Shown: piece after piece, positions 31,441 to 41,218 of the stretch
Layout of the letters: each line of letters opens with the position of its first letter
How positions within the stretch are numbered: the first letter of the stretch is position 1
DNA from: an uncultured delta proteobacterium
GTDB lineage: Bacteria; Myxococcota_A; Polyangia; Polyangiales; Polyangiaceae
Length of the DNA: 64,000 bases
Reading direction: 5' to 3'
Assembly: GCA_963850305.1 (NCBI GenBank)
Contig: CAWKKR010000001.1
Span: forward strand, 864,001 to 928,000
Made by a program: the position numbers and the translations under genes
The notes under the pieces: model-generated
What the model was told of the DNA's origin: nothing
The model's input: the letters and a program-made list of their open reading frames with translations, nothing else
Databases searched by the model: none

Positions 31441-33311
31441 ACGAAGCCGCCGCCAAGCTCTCGTCGCGAGTGGTCAGATGGGTGGTCGGGGCCTCTCTGG
31501 TCACGACACTACTCCTTGTCGCCCTGCTCCCGGATCTGCTCCTCTTGGACCCTGCCGTCGCGCTTGCGGCCGCCGAGCGGGAGTTCGTCATCCTGAGCGC
31601 TGCGGGCATCGCCGCGGTCGGTCTCGTCGCCACGCGCGTCGGAAGGTATAGGTACCTGCTCCGGGCGCTCGCGCTCGGCTCCCGGTCGATCGAACCGATC
31701 GAGATGGAGGAGCTCGGAAAGGAACCCGGACGTCTCTCGCGGCGCTGGCTCATTCCTCATCTCGTCGGGCTCGTCGTGCTCGTCACGCCCGGGCGTCCGG
31801 ACGAGGTCGACCTTCCGACGGGGACGAGTCTCGCGATGCTCGGCGCGATCATCGCCGCAGCGATCTCTCTGCTGCTCTACGTCGTCATTCGCTCCCTCTT
31901 TCTGGCCGCCGCGGAGCTCGCCCCGGCGGAGGTCATGCGCGAGTTGATCGAGGGCGCGGAGCGACGCGGAAGCGCCCAGTGGCGCATACAGAGGCGCTTG
32001 CGTACGGCCGTTGCCACCCCGGTCGCGCTGGTCGCGGTCGGGACCGCGTTGATCGCGAGCGCTCACGTGCGGCGCGCGGACGAGGTCGCGCGGGAAGCGA
32101 CCGCGCGCGCGACGGGCCGGGCTGCGTTCGACTTCGGACCAGGTGTGGTCGAGTCCGCAGGGCTCGGCGCGGCTGCCGCCCGCGCTGCTGAGCTCGGATT
32201 CGTGCCGACGTTGTCGGACGAAACGCAACCGTACCGCGCGCAACGCGAGGACGGCGGACTCACCGTGGTCACCGTCCCGCTCGATGTCGGCTCGGCCCAG
32301 CTCCGCTTTTATGGAACGACGGTGCCCATCCTCAGCCCGGCCTCGCTACTGGTCACTCTCCTCATCGTGGCGCTCGCGTGGGCTCTCGGGGGAGCGCTCG
32401 GTCGCGCGCACACGCTCGACTTACAGCATGCCACCGAAGGGATCCGGCTCCTCGGTACCGAAGCCGTGATCCGAGGGGGTCGACTTCCGGTGCGTCCTCC
32501 TCGATTCCTCGTCGTGGCGGAGCTCGAGGAAGCAATCGAGCACCTCGCAAAACGCTTCAGCGTGTTTGCGCAAGCGCAAGAGCGAGCGATCCTGGCCCGA
32601 GAGGCCGCGACGCGGATGCGCGGCCTGTTCTTTGCGAGCGTCAGCCACGACCTGAAGAGCCCCTTGAATGCGATTCTCGGCTTCGCGGAACTCGTCCGCA
32701 TGGAACCGCTCACGACGGGACAAGCCGAGAGTCTGGACGTGATCGATCGTCGCGGCCGTGAGCTCCTGGCGCTCATCGAAACGATTCTCGACGCGGCGCG
32801 GGTGGAGGCGAAACAACTCGCGCTGGTCGTCGAACGAACGAACCTCTGGGACCTCTTCGACGAAACGACGGCCAAGGCCCGGGACCTGGGCAATGACCCC
32901 TCGGTCGCGATGTCCTTCGACATCGAAGGCGGCGGGATCGAACTCGTCGTGGATCGCATGCGGATGACGCGCGTGCTCGCTACCCTGATCGCGTTTGCAA
33001 TTCGCCAGCAGCACCCGGGCCCCGTGCGCGTTGGCGCTCGCGCCGAGTCGAAGGGCGTGGCTCTGATCGAGGTGTCGGTACCCGGTCGTCGCACGGCGAA
33101 GGACCTGGCGCGACTCCTGACCGCAGCGGGTCAGCCAGGCGCAGGAGAACATCGCGGGCTGGCGCTGGGCCTCTCCCTCGCAAGATCCATCGTCGAGCTC
33201 CACGGTGGCACGCTCACGGCCGTCGAGTCCGGAGGCGCCCCAGCCTTCGTCCTACGGCTGCCGACACCTCACGATGGGGACAAGGCAACGAGTCGGACGA
33301 CGATCACTTGA
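31437..33311 (+). CDS. Multi-TM histidine kinase-like protein with a degenerate ATPase domain
   Basis: SHDLKSPLN H-box and GLALGL...VELHGG present; N-box and DxGxG absent. Confidence 0.82.
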   Translation: MNEAAAKLSSRVVRWVVGASLVTTLLLVALLPDLLLLDPAVALAAAEREFVILSAAGIAAVGLVATRVGRYRYLLRALALGSRSIEPIEMEELGKEPGRLSRRWLIPHLVGLVVLVTPGRPDEVDLPTGTSLAMLGAIIAAAISLLLYVVIRSLFLAAAELAPAEVMRELIEGAERRGSAQWRIQRRLRTAVATPVALVAVGTALIASAHVRRADEVAREATARATGRAAFDFGPGVVESAGLGAAAARAAELGFVPTLSDETQPYRAQREDGGLTVVTVPLDVGSAQLRFYGTTVPILSPASLLVTLLIVALAWALGGALGRAHTLDLQHATEGIRLLGTEAVIRGGRLPVRPPRFLVVAELEEAIEHLAKRFSVFAQAQERAILAREAATRMRGLFFASVSHDLKSPLNAILGFAELVRMEPLTTGQAESLDVIDRRGRELLALIETILDAARVEAKQLALVVERTNLWDLFDETTAKARDLGNDPSVAMSFDIEGGGIELVVDRMRMTRVLATLIAFAIRQQHPGPVRVGARAESKGVALIEVSVPGRRTAKDLARLLTAAGQPGAGEHRGLALGLSLARSIVELHGGTLTAVESGGAPAFVLRLPTPHDGDKATSRTTIT

Positions 33312-33822
33312 CCGCCTCGAGAACGTCGGTCGCGTGGGTCAGTGGATCCACCTCCTGCCAGACGTGTTCGATGCGTCCATCCCGGCCGACCAGGAACGAA
33401 ACTCGTGCGGCGTGGCCGAAGCGCGAAGGCACGCCATAGGCTTGCTGGACTGCGCCGGATTCGTCCGCAACCAGCGGGAACGGTAGGAAGTGTCTCTTGC
33501 GAAATGCGTCGTGGCTCGCCGCCGAATCGCGCGAGACACCGAATACGACCACACCCCGCACCTTGAACTTATCGTAAGCGTCGCGAAACGCGCACGCCTC
33601 CTTCGTGCAGCCAGGGGTCTCATCCTTCGGGTAGAAGTACACGACTCGCGGGATGCCCCCCAGCCTCGACAGCCGAATCGTGCTCCCTTTCGCATCCTGA
33701 GCGGCGAAATCCGGCGCCGCCGCCCCCACGGGTAGGAGCCCGCTCCCTCCGTCCGGGCGACGCGCGGAGCACGCCACCAGCGCGAGCCCATAAAGCGCGA
33801 TCCCGATCACGGCGCGCCCCAC
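33304..33822 (-). CDS. bcp: Peroxiredoxin Bcp/PrxQ, putative lipoprotein
   Basis: VVYFYPKDETPGCTKEAC.FRD; lipobox LVA-C; GTG start at 33822 or 33810. Confidence 0.88.
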   Translation of the reverse strand: MGRAVIGIALYGLALVACSARRPDGGSGLLPVGAAAPDFAAQDAKGSTIRLSRLGGIPRVVYFYPKDETPGCTKEACAFRDAYDKFKVRGVVVFGVSRDSAASHDAFRKRHFLPFPLVADESGAVQQAYGVPSRFGHAARVSFLVGRDGRIEHVWQEVDPLTHATDVLEAVK

Positions 33823-33954
33823 TCTCTGCGTTTTTTGCAACACCGCTGAGATAGGGTACCGAAAGGACTCGTCAACAGGCAAAATGACAGAATGGGCCGG
33901 TCTGGGGAACCGATGCTGGCGCTCCTTGGTGTAGAGTTCCAGGCCCCGTCGCTC

Positions 33955-35025
33955 ATGGTTGCTCGAAAAAAAAAGGACGCTGACGCTCCAGACGATTCGC
34001 CCGAGTCTTCTCGGATTGTCACGCCCACGAGCGGCGGCGAGGACGATCGCTTCGATCGCCTGTTCCGGCCCAGGGCGCTCGACGACTTCGTCGGGCAGCA
34101 AAAGCATAAGGATAACCTCCGCGTCTATGTGAAGGCTGCGCGCAAGCGCGGCGAGCCGCTCGACCACATCCTCCTGAGCGGGCCACCTGGGCTGGGCAAG
34201 ACGACGCTGGCGCACATCCTCGCGCACGAGCTCGGCGTGCAACTCTTCGTTACGAGCGGCCCCGCGATCGAGCACAAGGGCGCGCTCACGGGGGTGCTCA
34301 CCCGCCTCGGACGGAACGACATCCTTTTCATAGACGAGATTCATCGCTTGAGCGCGCCGGTCGAAGAAACGCTGTACCCGGCGATCGAAGACTTCCGCAT
34401 CGACGTCGTCACGGGCGACGGTCCGTATGCCGAGAGCATCCGCATCGACGTGAAGCCGTTCACGCTCATCGGTGCCACGACGCGTGAAGGCCTGCTCACG
34501 CAACCGATGCATGAACGGTTCGGTGTCACGATGCGACTCGACTTCTACCCCGTCGCCGATCTGGAACGCATCATCTTGCGGAATGCGGGACTGCTCGGCA
34601 TTCCGTGCGCACCCGAGGGGGCCCGAGAACTCGCCGCGCGCTCGCGCGGTACGCCCCGCGTCGCGAATCGTCTGCTCCGGCGCGTGCGCGACTTCGCGGA
34701 AGTCGAGGGCGACGGCAGCATCGACTCGAAGATCGTGAAACTCACCTGCGAACGACTCGAAGTGGACGCCAGTGGACTCGACGAGATGGACCGGCGATTG
34801 CTCCGGATCCTCGTCGAGCACTATCGTGGCGGCCCGGTTGGCGTCGAGACGCTCGCGGCTGCGCTCGCCGAGCCGCGCGACACAATCGAGGACGTCTACG
34901 AACCGTATCTCTTGCAGCAAGGCTTCCTCGGCCGTACGCCGCGCGGCCGGGTCGCCAACAAGAAGGCCTACGACCACCTCGGCGTCCCATTCGAGGAGCC
35001 GGCACGGCAGGCGAAGCTCTTCTGA
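33955..35025 (+). CDS. ruvB: Holliday junction branch-migration helicase RuvB
   Basis: RP..LDDFVGQ, GPPGLGKTTLA, FIDEIHR, GATTR, RGTPR.ANRLL.RVRD, EPYL. Confidence 0.98.
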   Translation: MVARKKKDADAPDDSPESSRIVTPTSGGEDDRFDRLFRPRALDDFVGQQKHKDNLRVYVKAARKRGEPLDHILLSGPPGLGKTTLAHILAHELGVQLFVTSGPAIEHKGALTGVLTRLGRNDILFIDEIHRLSAPVEETLYPAIEDFRIDVVTGDGPYAESIRIDVKPFTLIGATTREGLLTQPMHERFGVTMRLDFYPVADLERIILRNAGLLGIPCAPEGARELAARSRGTPRVANRLLRRVRDFAEVEGDGSIDSKIVKLTCERLEVDASGLDEMDRRLLRILVEHYRGGPVGVETLAAALAEPRDTIEDVYEPYLLQQGFLGRTPRGRVANKKAYDHLGVPFEEPARQAKLF

Positions 35026-35068
35026 AATCCGTGTGATCGCCGGTGCGCCGTGCGTCGGGGCTAGCCCC

Positions 35069-35998
35069 TTACCGTTTACTCCGTGACGGAGAGGATGAGC
35101 GGCGCGCGGCCGAGCTGGAAGACCGAGAAGTCGTCGGTGCACGCGCAGGTGCTGCGTGGGACTCGAGCGGCGCGGGGTGATCCGTCGCGCGGCCCGCCGT
35201 CGGATTCGAGGTCGCGACATGCGTCGGCTCGGTCGACTCTGGGGCATGTCGCTCGACGGCCCCGGCTTCGCTCGAGCCGCGCGGCGCGGACGTCGTGGGT
35301 TCGTAGACGCCGCGCGGTTCAGGAGTTCCGGCGCGACGCACCATTCCCGGTTCTTCCCTGCCCGCCGCCTGGCTTCGCGCCGAAGGCTCCGCACGCTCAC
35401 CCTCGACACGGCCCGGTGGCCCCCCTCGCTCGGCCGAGACGCGCTGCGCGCGCGGGGGCTCGCCACGATAGCCGCCCGCGGGGGCGCCGGGCGCGGTGCG
35501 CCACCTCGTGTTATGGGCGGGCTCCGCACGCCAAGCGCGTGGCTCGTATGCCGGTCGAGCGCGATACGCCGCCGGGGCCTCCGTTCTGCCCCCATATCCG
35601 TAGCCGTACTCGCGGCGCCCGTCCGGCGCGTTGTAATAGCCCCTGTAATAAACTGCGCGATCCCCTTCCCAGACGAACCGAGGCCCCACATAGGCGTATC
35701 CCGGCCGGGCTGGGTACCAGTAGCCGCTTACCCAGGCCCAGTCGGTCGCGTTCCAATCCCAGTAGCCCGGTGCCCATGCGTAGCCGTAGCCAGGGGTCGG
35801 CGGTTGCTGTTCCGGGATCGGGTCCGGCGGCGGCGAATTCGGATAGGCCGTACCTTCATCGGCGACGGGTGCGGCTGCGGGCGCCTCGACGGGCTGCGGT
35901 GGCGGCTGCGCGGGCTCGGTATACACGACGCATCCGGTGGCGAGCCACGCCATCGACACCAGGGACCATGAAAGACCTCGATTGATCATCTGCATCAC
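35069..35998 (-). CDS. YXWGXW/WXXGXW-repeat lipoprotein
   Basis: Lipobox ATG-C; PP.P..E..P..P..GYAWAPGYWDW...WAWVSGYW; disordered tail. Confidence 0.82.
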   Translation of the reverse strand: MMQMINRGLSWSLVSMAWLATGCVVYTEPAQPPPQPVEAPAAAPVADEGTAYPNSPPPDPIPEQQPPTPGYGYAWAPGYWDWNATDWAWVSGYWYPARPGYAYVGPRFVWEGDRAVYYRGYYNAPDGRREYGYGYGGRTEAPAAYRARPAYEPRAWRAEPAHNTRWRTAPGAPAGGYRGEPPRAQRVSAERGGPPGRVEGERAEPSARSQAAGREEPGMVRRAGTPEPRGVYEPTTSAPRGSSEAGAVERHAPESTEPTHVATSNPTAGRATDHPAPLESHAAPARAPTTSRSSSSAARRSSSPSRSKR

Positions 35999-36215
35999 CC
36001 GTTGAAGGTCAAGTTCGGAGCGACGAGCGCCGTTCGACCTTGCGATAGACCTACCTTGGGACCAGTAACGCTCGTATCAGCGCCGCTCGGTAGACGTCAA
36101 GGACGCCGCCTGCATTCACTGAAATGGGACCATCGACGCCCCAGGGAGACGATCCCTTGGCGGGGGATGACGCGCAGGCGTCGTCTCGACGCATTTTTGG
36201 GTACGATTCGGTACG

Positions 36216-37970
36216 ATGAGAACCCGCGCCGTGGCCGTCGCTAGCGAGCGCAGCAACGCCGTGGGCGTAATGGAGCTCGAGTGCACGCCCCTCGGTTTGC
36301 TCATCGTGCACCACGGCGTCGGCTCATTCCACGACGGCTACGCTCCCGGCGCGGTCACGACCGGCACCCGGGTGCTGATCCCGTGGGATGCCGTCCGCGA
36401 ATCGAATCTCGAGGGGGACAGGCTGTACCTCAGCGTGGACCCGGCGCTCACGCCGCATCATCACCTCGTGCTGGCGGGGTTCTCGGTTGGCGATCCGCCC
36501 AATCCGAGCGAGGTCTCCCGCCAGCGGCTCGTCGTGCGGATCGGCACGGGCGCCACGATGGCCGTCGCCGGCTTACTCGCGGCCCTGACGGTGTTTCGTG
36601 GCAGCCCGGAAATGGGGGGCGCCGCAGCCCTGTTCGTTGGCGTTCTGTCCGCGGGCACGGTGCTCGCCCTCGGCGTCGTCATGGAGCAGCGACTCGGCCT
36701 CGGGCGCGTCGATACCGACGGCGCGCGCCTCGCGTTCGCGACGGAACTGTCCGCGTTCGTGCCTAGCCTCGCGCGCTCGCTACGCCCCGACACGCCCGAA
36801 CCGCTGCCGGCGGAGCCGCTCCCGCTTCCATCTTTCCAGGCGCTCCTCCCACGTTCGACCACCGCGGTGGTCATTACGATGTCGGCGGCGCTGCTCGGCG
36901 CGGTACTGACCGCGGCATGGGTATCGAGAACACCGATCCGGACGGACGACGCTCGGGCAGAGACGGAACGGGTCGCGCCCGCTGACCGGCACGCGGCGGA
37001 AACGCCCGCGGCCGCTCCGATGCCACCGACACCTGCGATATCCCCACCCACCGCGAGCGCTCTGGCTACGAGCCCCGTGGCACCGGCAGCGAGCGGCGAT
37101 TCCGCGACGTTGACCGGAGCCTGTACATGCAAGCGGAGCGATTCGCTGCTGTGGCGGGCGGGCATCCCCCGCATGAGCACGGTCATCATCGACCGGCGAC
37201 CCCTCGAACGTCACGGCCATACGCATCTCGAGGTCGACCTCGGCGTGGTGAACAACTGGGATCAGCCGATCCCGGAGGTCGCCCTGCTCGTGCAATTCTA
37301 CGATCGCGACCCACCTCCATCGACGAAGCGGACGCCCACGTATTCACGGCCGCTCTATTTCGAAGGGCCTCTCATGCCCGGCCAGGCGATCATGTGGCAC
37401 GTGGAGGCGCGCGGCGACGATTTCGACGTGACGCTCCCACCGGGACCCTTGCTGGACGCGTCCGGCGCGGATGCGGCCCCGACGAACGAGCTTGCGGAAC
37501 TCCTGAAGGCCATTCACCGTCCGATCCGACTTCATGGTGCGATGATGCTCGCGTTCCTCGGAGATCCACGAGCGAAGGAAGCTACGCTCGGTCTGCGCGA
37601 GGCGCTCCGGGAAGACGAGGGACCGTTCCTCGATCGCCTCGCGTGGACTCTTTCCGACGTACGGACCTGCGCGGTAGAAGCAGCGAAGGGCGGAAATCCC
37701 CGGACCGTTCGCGCCTGCGTGTTCAACGCGGGTGGCGCGGCGCGTGACGATCTGGGACTCAAGGTGCGCGCACTCGACCGACTCGTTTCCGCGGACGCGC
37801 CGCTCGAGGCACCGCCGCTCGTCGTGGCCGAACACGCATTCCGTCTGGCGGGGCAGCTTGCTCCCGGGCAGGGTGCGCTGACCTCGATCGCCCTCGACAC
37901 GACGAACGCCGATGGCCTCATGGCGCAATCCTTCGAAGCGTACGCAGATCGCCGAGACGTCGTCTTTTGA
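36216..37970 (+). CDS. Hypothetical membrane protein (about 3 TM helices, Pro-rich linker, beta-rich C-terminal domains)
   Basis: Long ORF with protein-like composition; start 36216 or 36270. Confidence 0.7.
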   Translation: MRTRAVAVASERSNAVGVMELECTPLGLLIVHHGVGSFHDGYAPGAVTTGTRVLIPWDAVRESNLEGDRLYLSVDPALTPHHHLVLAGFSVGDPPNPSEVSRQRLVVRIGTGATMAVAGLLAALTVFRGSPEMGGAAALFVGVLSAGTVLALGVVMEQRLGLGRVDTDGARLAFATELSAFVPSLARSLRPDTPEPLPAEPLPLPSFQALLPRSTTAVVITMSAALLGAVLTAAWVSRTPIRTDDARAETERVAPADRHAAETPAAAPMPPTPAISPPTASALATSPVAPAASGDSATLTGACTCKRSDSLLWRAGIPRMSTVIIDRRPLERHGHTHLEVDLGVVNNWDQPIPEVALLVQFYDRDPPPSTKRTPTYSRPLYFEGPLMPGQAIMWHVEARGDDFDVTLPPGPLLDASGADAAPTNELAELLKAIHRPIRLHGAMMLAFLGDPRAKEATLGLREALREDEGPFLDRLAWTLSDVRTCAVEAAKGGNPRTVRACVFNAGGAARDDLGLKVRALDRLVSADAPLEAPPLVVAEHAFRLAGQLAPGQGALTSIALDTTNADGLMAQSFEAYADRRDVVF

Positions 37971-38069
37971 TGGGCCAGCTCTGCAACGCGCCGGAGCAAC
38001 GACCCGCGCCGGACATGCGACGATTACCGTCCGTAATGTGGCATAGTCGCCGGACCCGTTGCGGCGGGG

Positions 38070-41000
38070 ATGCCCGCGATGAACAGACAGCAGCCGCGAT
38101 CGACTCGCCTCCTCGATTTCCTGGCTCGAGGGATCCTGGCGCTGGCAGTCTGGGCGGGCGCCCCGCATTCCGTAGCCAGAGCCGATGATGCCGGAGCAAA
38201 CTCCGCCGATGGCGGGGAAGGCGACCCCGACATCCAAGCGCTGAACGAGGAATCACAGCGGATAGAAGCGCTGCTGCGGGGGAAGCTCGATATCGCGGTC
38301 GACCCCGCGACCCTGTTCGATGTCGACCTCGATGACCCGGCAGCGGTTCGAGTGGACGCCGCTCGGCTCGGCGCCATCGTCGCCGCGGCAAACGAGACGT
38401 CCTCGGTCACCAAAGGGCGCAAGCCAAGGGTCTTCAGGACGGGTGTCGCGCGAGGTTCGTCGCCTCAGGATGCCGGAGAGCCTCGCGCGGATCCCGCTCT
38501 CTTTGCCGCACGGATCGCCCTCGACCGCACGCGTCTCGAGTTCTACGATCTCCGCGACGCGCGCCGGCGGACCCTCCTCGCCACGCATGCCGAACGTCAG
38601 CAGGCGGCGCGCCAGAAGGGCCCGGCCCTCGGTGAATCCGAAAGGCGGGCTCGCAACGCCGAAGCGCAGCGCGAGCAGGCGCTCAAAGAAGCCGAGAGCG
38701 CCAGAACCGAGGCCGAGAAGACCGTGGCCGAGGAGTACGCAAAGGTCCTCGAGGTCACGCAGAAGCAAGCCGACTTCGAGTCCAAGCTGGCCCTGGCGCG
38801 CGAAAACCTGAAGGCTCGAGCGGAAGAAGCCCTCGCGCTCGATCGTCGTGTGCGAGAGACGCTCGACGGAGCTCATTCGGACCCTTCCGTGGCGGACTCT
38901 CTGTACGACGACCTCAGGGCGTCGCTACGTGGCGCGCGCAAGGAGCTTGCCCGCGCCCTGTCGGCGACGTCACCGGACGGCCGCGCCGTCTCGGCCCCAC
39001 CCGACGACCCGCTCGGCCGGCTACCAGTAGGCGTCAATCACGCGGCCTACGATCATGCGCGGGAGGCCGCGATCATCGCGGCGGGCCGTCTCTCGGAGAG
39101 CGCGATTGCGCTGAACGAGCAGCGCATCGATCAGCTCGGCGAAGAGATTCACGTCCAGAACGAGAGCAGACTTTCGCTCCTTCCGCTCTTGACCAGCTCG
39201 AAACGTGTCGCGATCACCGGCTTCGGTCCATCGGGGTTCGATCAGGCGTCGGCCGAGATCCGACAGGTGGTCCTCATCGTCCGTTACCACCTTCACAAGG
39301 CGCGAGACTGGCTCATAGCGACGTCGTCGCGCGACAAGGGGGGCTCGTCGGTCAGCGCCGCATTTCTCATCGCCAAGTGGTTGTTCGCGTCGGTCGTCTA
39401 CATCTGGTGGCGGCGGCGCGCGGTGGTCGTGCTTTCGGTGTGGCGGTCGCGCGTGCAAGAGCAGGAGCGGCGCGCGAGGATGGTGGAGCCCAGCCCGCTC
39501 TACAAGGCGCTGGGCCTCGTTTTGCAGGTCCGCAAACCGCTCGAGTGGCTCGTGTTCGGCTGGGCGCTACTCGCCCTGGCGCCCGAAGACGCTGCTCAGC
39601 TCCTCGAGGTGAATCTCGGTCGGACCATCTTTATCTGGATGCTGGGCGGCGCACTCGGCGTCTCTACCATCGACGCCCTATCCGGGCGTGAGCACGATGA
39701 AGGGGAGACGGGGAATTCATCACAGATCGCGCAGCTGCGGCTCCGATCGCTGCGGCTGGTGGGGCGCACGATCGTGGCCTTCGGATTGACGCTATCGCTC
39801 ACGGCTCGACTCGTCGGGCAGGGTACAATCTATAGTTGGGTTTTTTCGACGTGCTGGTTCGCTGCGGCACCGGTGTTTTTGGTCATCGTGCGATGGTGGC
39901 GCGAGGAGATCTATCGGCGCATCGGCCGCATGCGCAAGAAGCGCGCGTTCGAGCTCTGGATCGAACGAAACCAGACTGGCTCGGCGAGCTTCTTCACGGC
40001 GGCGGTCGGCGGCGCCTATCTCTTCGGCGTCGGAGCCCTTCGTGCGACGCGCACCTGGGCGAGTCGCTTCGACGTCACTCGGAGAGCGCTTGCGTACCTG
40101 TTTCTTCGCGATCTCGACCGGCTCGCGGAGGAGAACACCGCCGTTGCGTTCGAGGCTCTTCCCGAGGCTGTCTTCGCCGCCCTGGGCCCCGATGTGCCCT
40201 CGGCGGAGCTCGTGATCACGCGCTCCATCGAGGACACCGAGAATCTGCTGGAGCGCATGGCGGAGTCAGGCGGCGTCATCGCCATCGTCGGCGAACGCGG
40301 CGCCGGCAAGACGACGTTGCTTCATCGGATCGAGGAAGCGAACGCCGGCATGGTCTCCATCGAGTGTCCGTTCGGCGGCTTCGAGACTCTGGAACGCGCG
40401 CTGAACACGCGGCTCGATCTTCGCGGCGAGCGGACGCTGAGCGATGCCGTCGATACACTGAAGAGCTCGCATCACACCGGGCTGCTGATCGATGATGCCC
40501 ATCGCCTGATCCACCCGGTGATGGGCGGACTCGCTGCATTCGATCGTCTCCTCGAGACCGCCCGCAGCCACGCCTCGAATTTTACCTGGGTGTTCGCGAT
40601 GGATGAGGTCGTGTGGCCCTTTTTTCGACAAGCACGCGGGGTTCGGCCTCTGTTCGACGAGGTGATTCTGCTCGAGGGGTGGCCGGAAGAACACATCGCC
40701 AGGTTGATCGAAGCGAGGTGTCGTCAAGCGGACGTGAAGCCGAGCTTTCGACACGTGCTCCCGAAGATGCCTCTGGACGCGGACGAAACCGATATTGGCG
40801 AGGCGACGCGTCGAACGACCGGCAACTACCATCGGCTCCTCTGGGACTACTCCGCCGGCTGCCCGGGCGTCGCCCTTCACATGTGGCGCCAGTCGCTCGG
40901 TGTGGACGCGACGGGACAAAGCTACGTGAAGCCGTTTCGCCCTCCAGACCCGGCCGACCTCGAGCGCTTGCCCGACCCGGCCGTGTTCGTATTGCGGACA

Positions 41001-41207
41001 ATCATTCAGCTGGAGGAGGCGACGCGCGACGAAATCGCCGCCGCGACCATGTTGCGGCTCTCGCCCATCGAGGACGCCCTCAGATACTGCACGGCCCGTG
41101 GCTACCTCGAGCGAGTCGGTGACCGGTATCACATGAGCTGGGCGTGGTTTCGGGCGGTCACGCGATTTCTCCAGAGACGGCATCTCCTGGGCCGCGTGCT
41201 CGATTAG
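38070..41207 (+). CDS. Membrane-anchored P-loop/AAA-like ATPase
   Basis: Signal peptide, long coiled-coil region, several TM helices, Walker A GERGAGKT, Walker B LLIDD. Confidence 0.82.
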   Translation: MPAMNRQQPRSTRLLDFLARGILALAVWAGAPHSVARADDAGANSADGGEGDPDIQALNEESQRIEALLRGKLDIAVDPATLFDVDLDDPAAVRVDAARLGAIVAAANETSSVTKGRKPRVFRTGVARGSSPQDAGEPRADPALFAARIALDRTRLEFYDLRDARRRTLLATHAERQQAARQKGPALGESERRARNAEAQREQALKEAESARTEAEKTVAEEYAKVLEVTQKQADFESKLALARENLKARAEEALALDRRVRETLDGAHSDPSVADSLYDDLRASLRGARKELARALSATSPDGRAVSAPPDDPLGRLPVGVNHAAYDHAREAAIIAAGRLSESAIALNEQRIDQLGEEIHVQNESRLSLLPLLTSSKRVAITGFGPSGFDQASAEIRQVVLIVRYHLHKARDWLIATSSRDKGGSSVSAAFLIAKWLFASVVYIWWRRRAVVVLSVWRSRVQEQERRARMVEPSPLYKALGLVLQVRKPLEWLVFGWALLALAPEDAAQLLEVNLGRTIFIWMLGGALGVSTIDALSGREHDEGETGNSSQIAQLRLRSLRLVGRTIVAFGLTLSLTARLVGQGTIYSWVFSTCWFAAAPVFLVIVRWWREEIYRRIGRMRKKRAFELWIERNQTGSASFFTAAVGGAYLFGVGALRATRTWASRFDVTRRALAYLFLRDLDRLAEENTAVAFEALPEAVFAALGPDVPSAELVITRSIEDTENLLERMAESGGVIAIVGERGAGKTTLLHRIEEANAGMVSIECPFGGFETLERALNTRLDLRGERTLSDAVDTLKSSHHTGLLIDDAHRLIHPVMGGLAAFDRLLETARSHASNFTWVFAMDEVVWPFFRQARGVRPLFDEVILLEGWPEEHIARLIEARCRQADVKPSFRHVLPKMPLDADETDIGEATRRTTGNYHRLLWDYSAGCPGVALHMWRQSLGVDATGQSYVKPFRPPDPADLERLPDPAVFVLRTIIQLEEATRDEIAAATMLRLSPIEDALRYCTARGYLERVGDRYHMSWAWFRAVTRFLQRRHLLGRVLD

Positions 41208-41218
41208 GAAGCAAGTCG

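Noticed and set aside
33955..35025. ruvB without adjacent ruvA/ruvC
   Set aside because: Separation of ruv genes is common and the partners may lie elsewhere.
33304..35691. 795-aa minus-strand ORF
   Set aside because: Mostly the antisense shadow of ruvB; only the last ~170 aa (Bcp) are credible.
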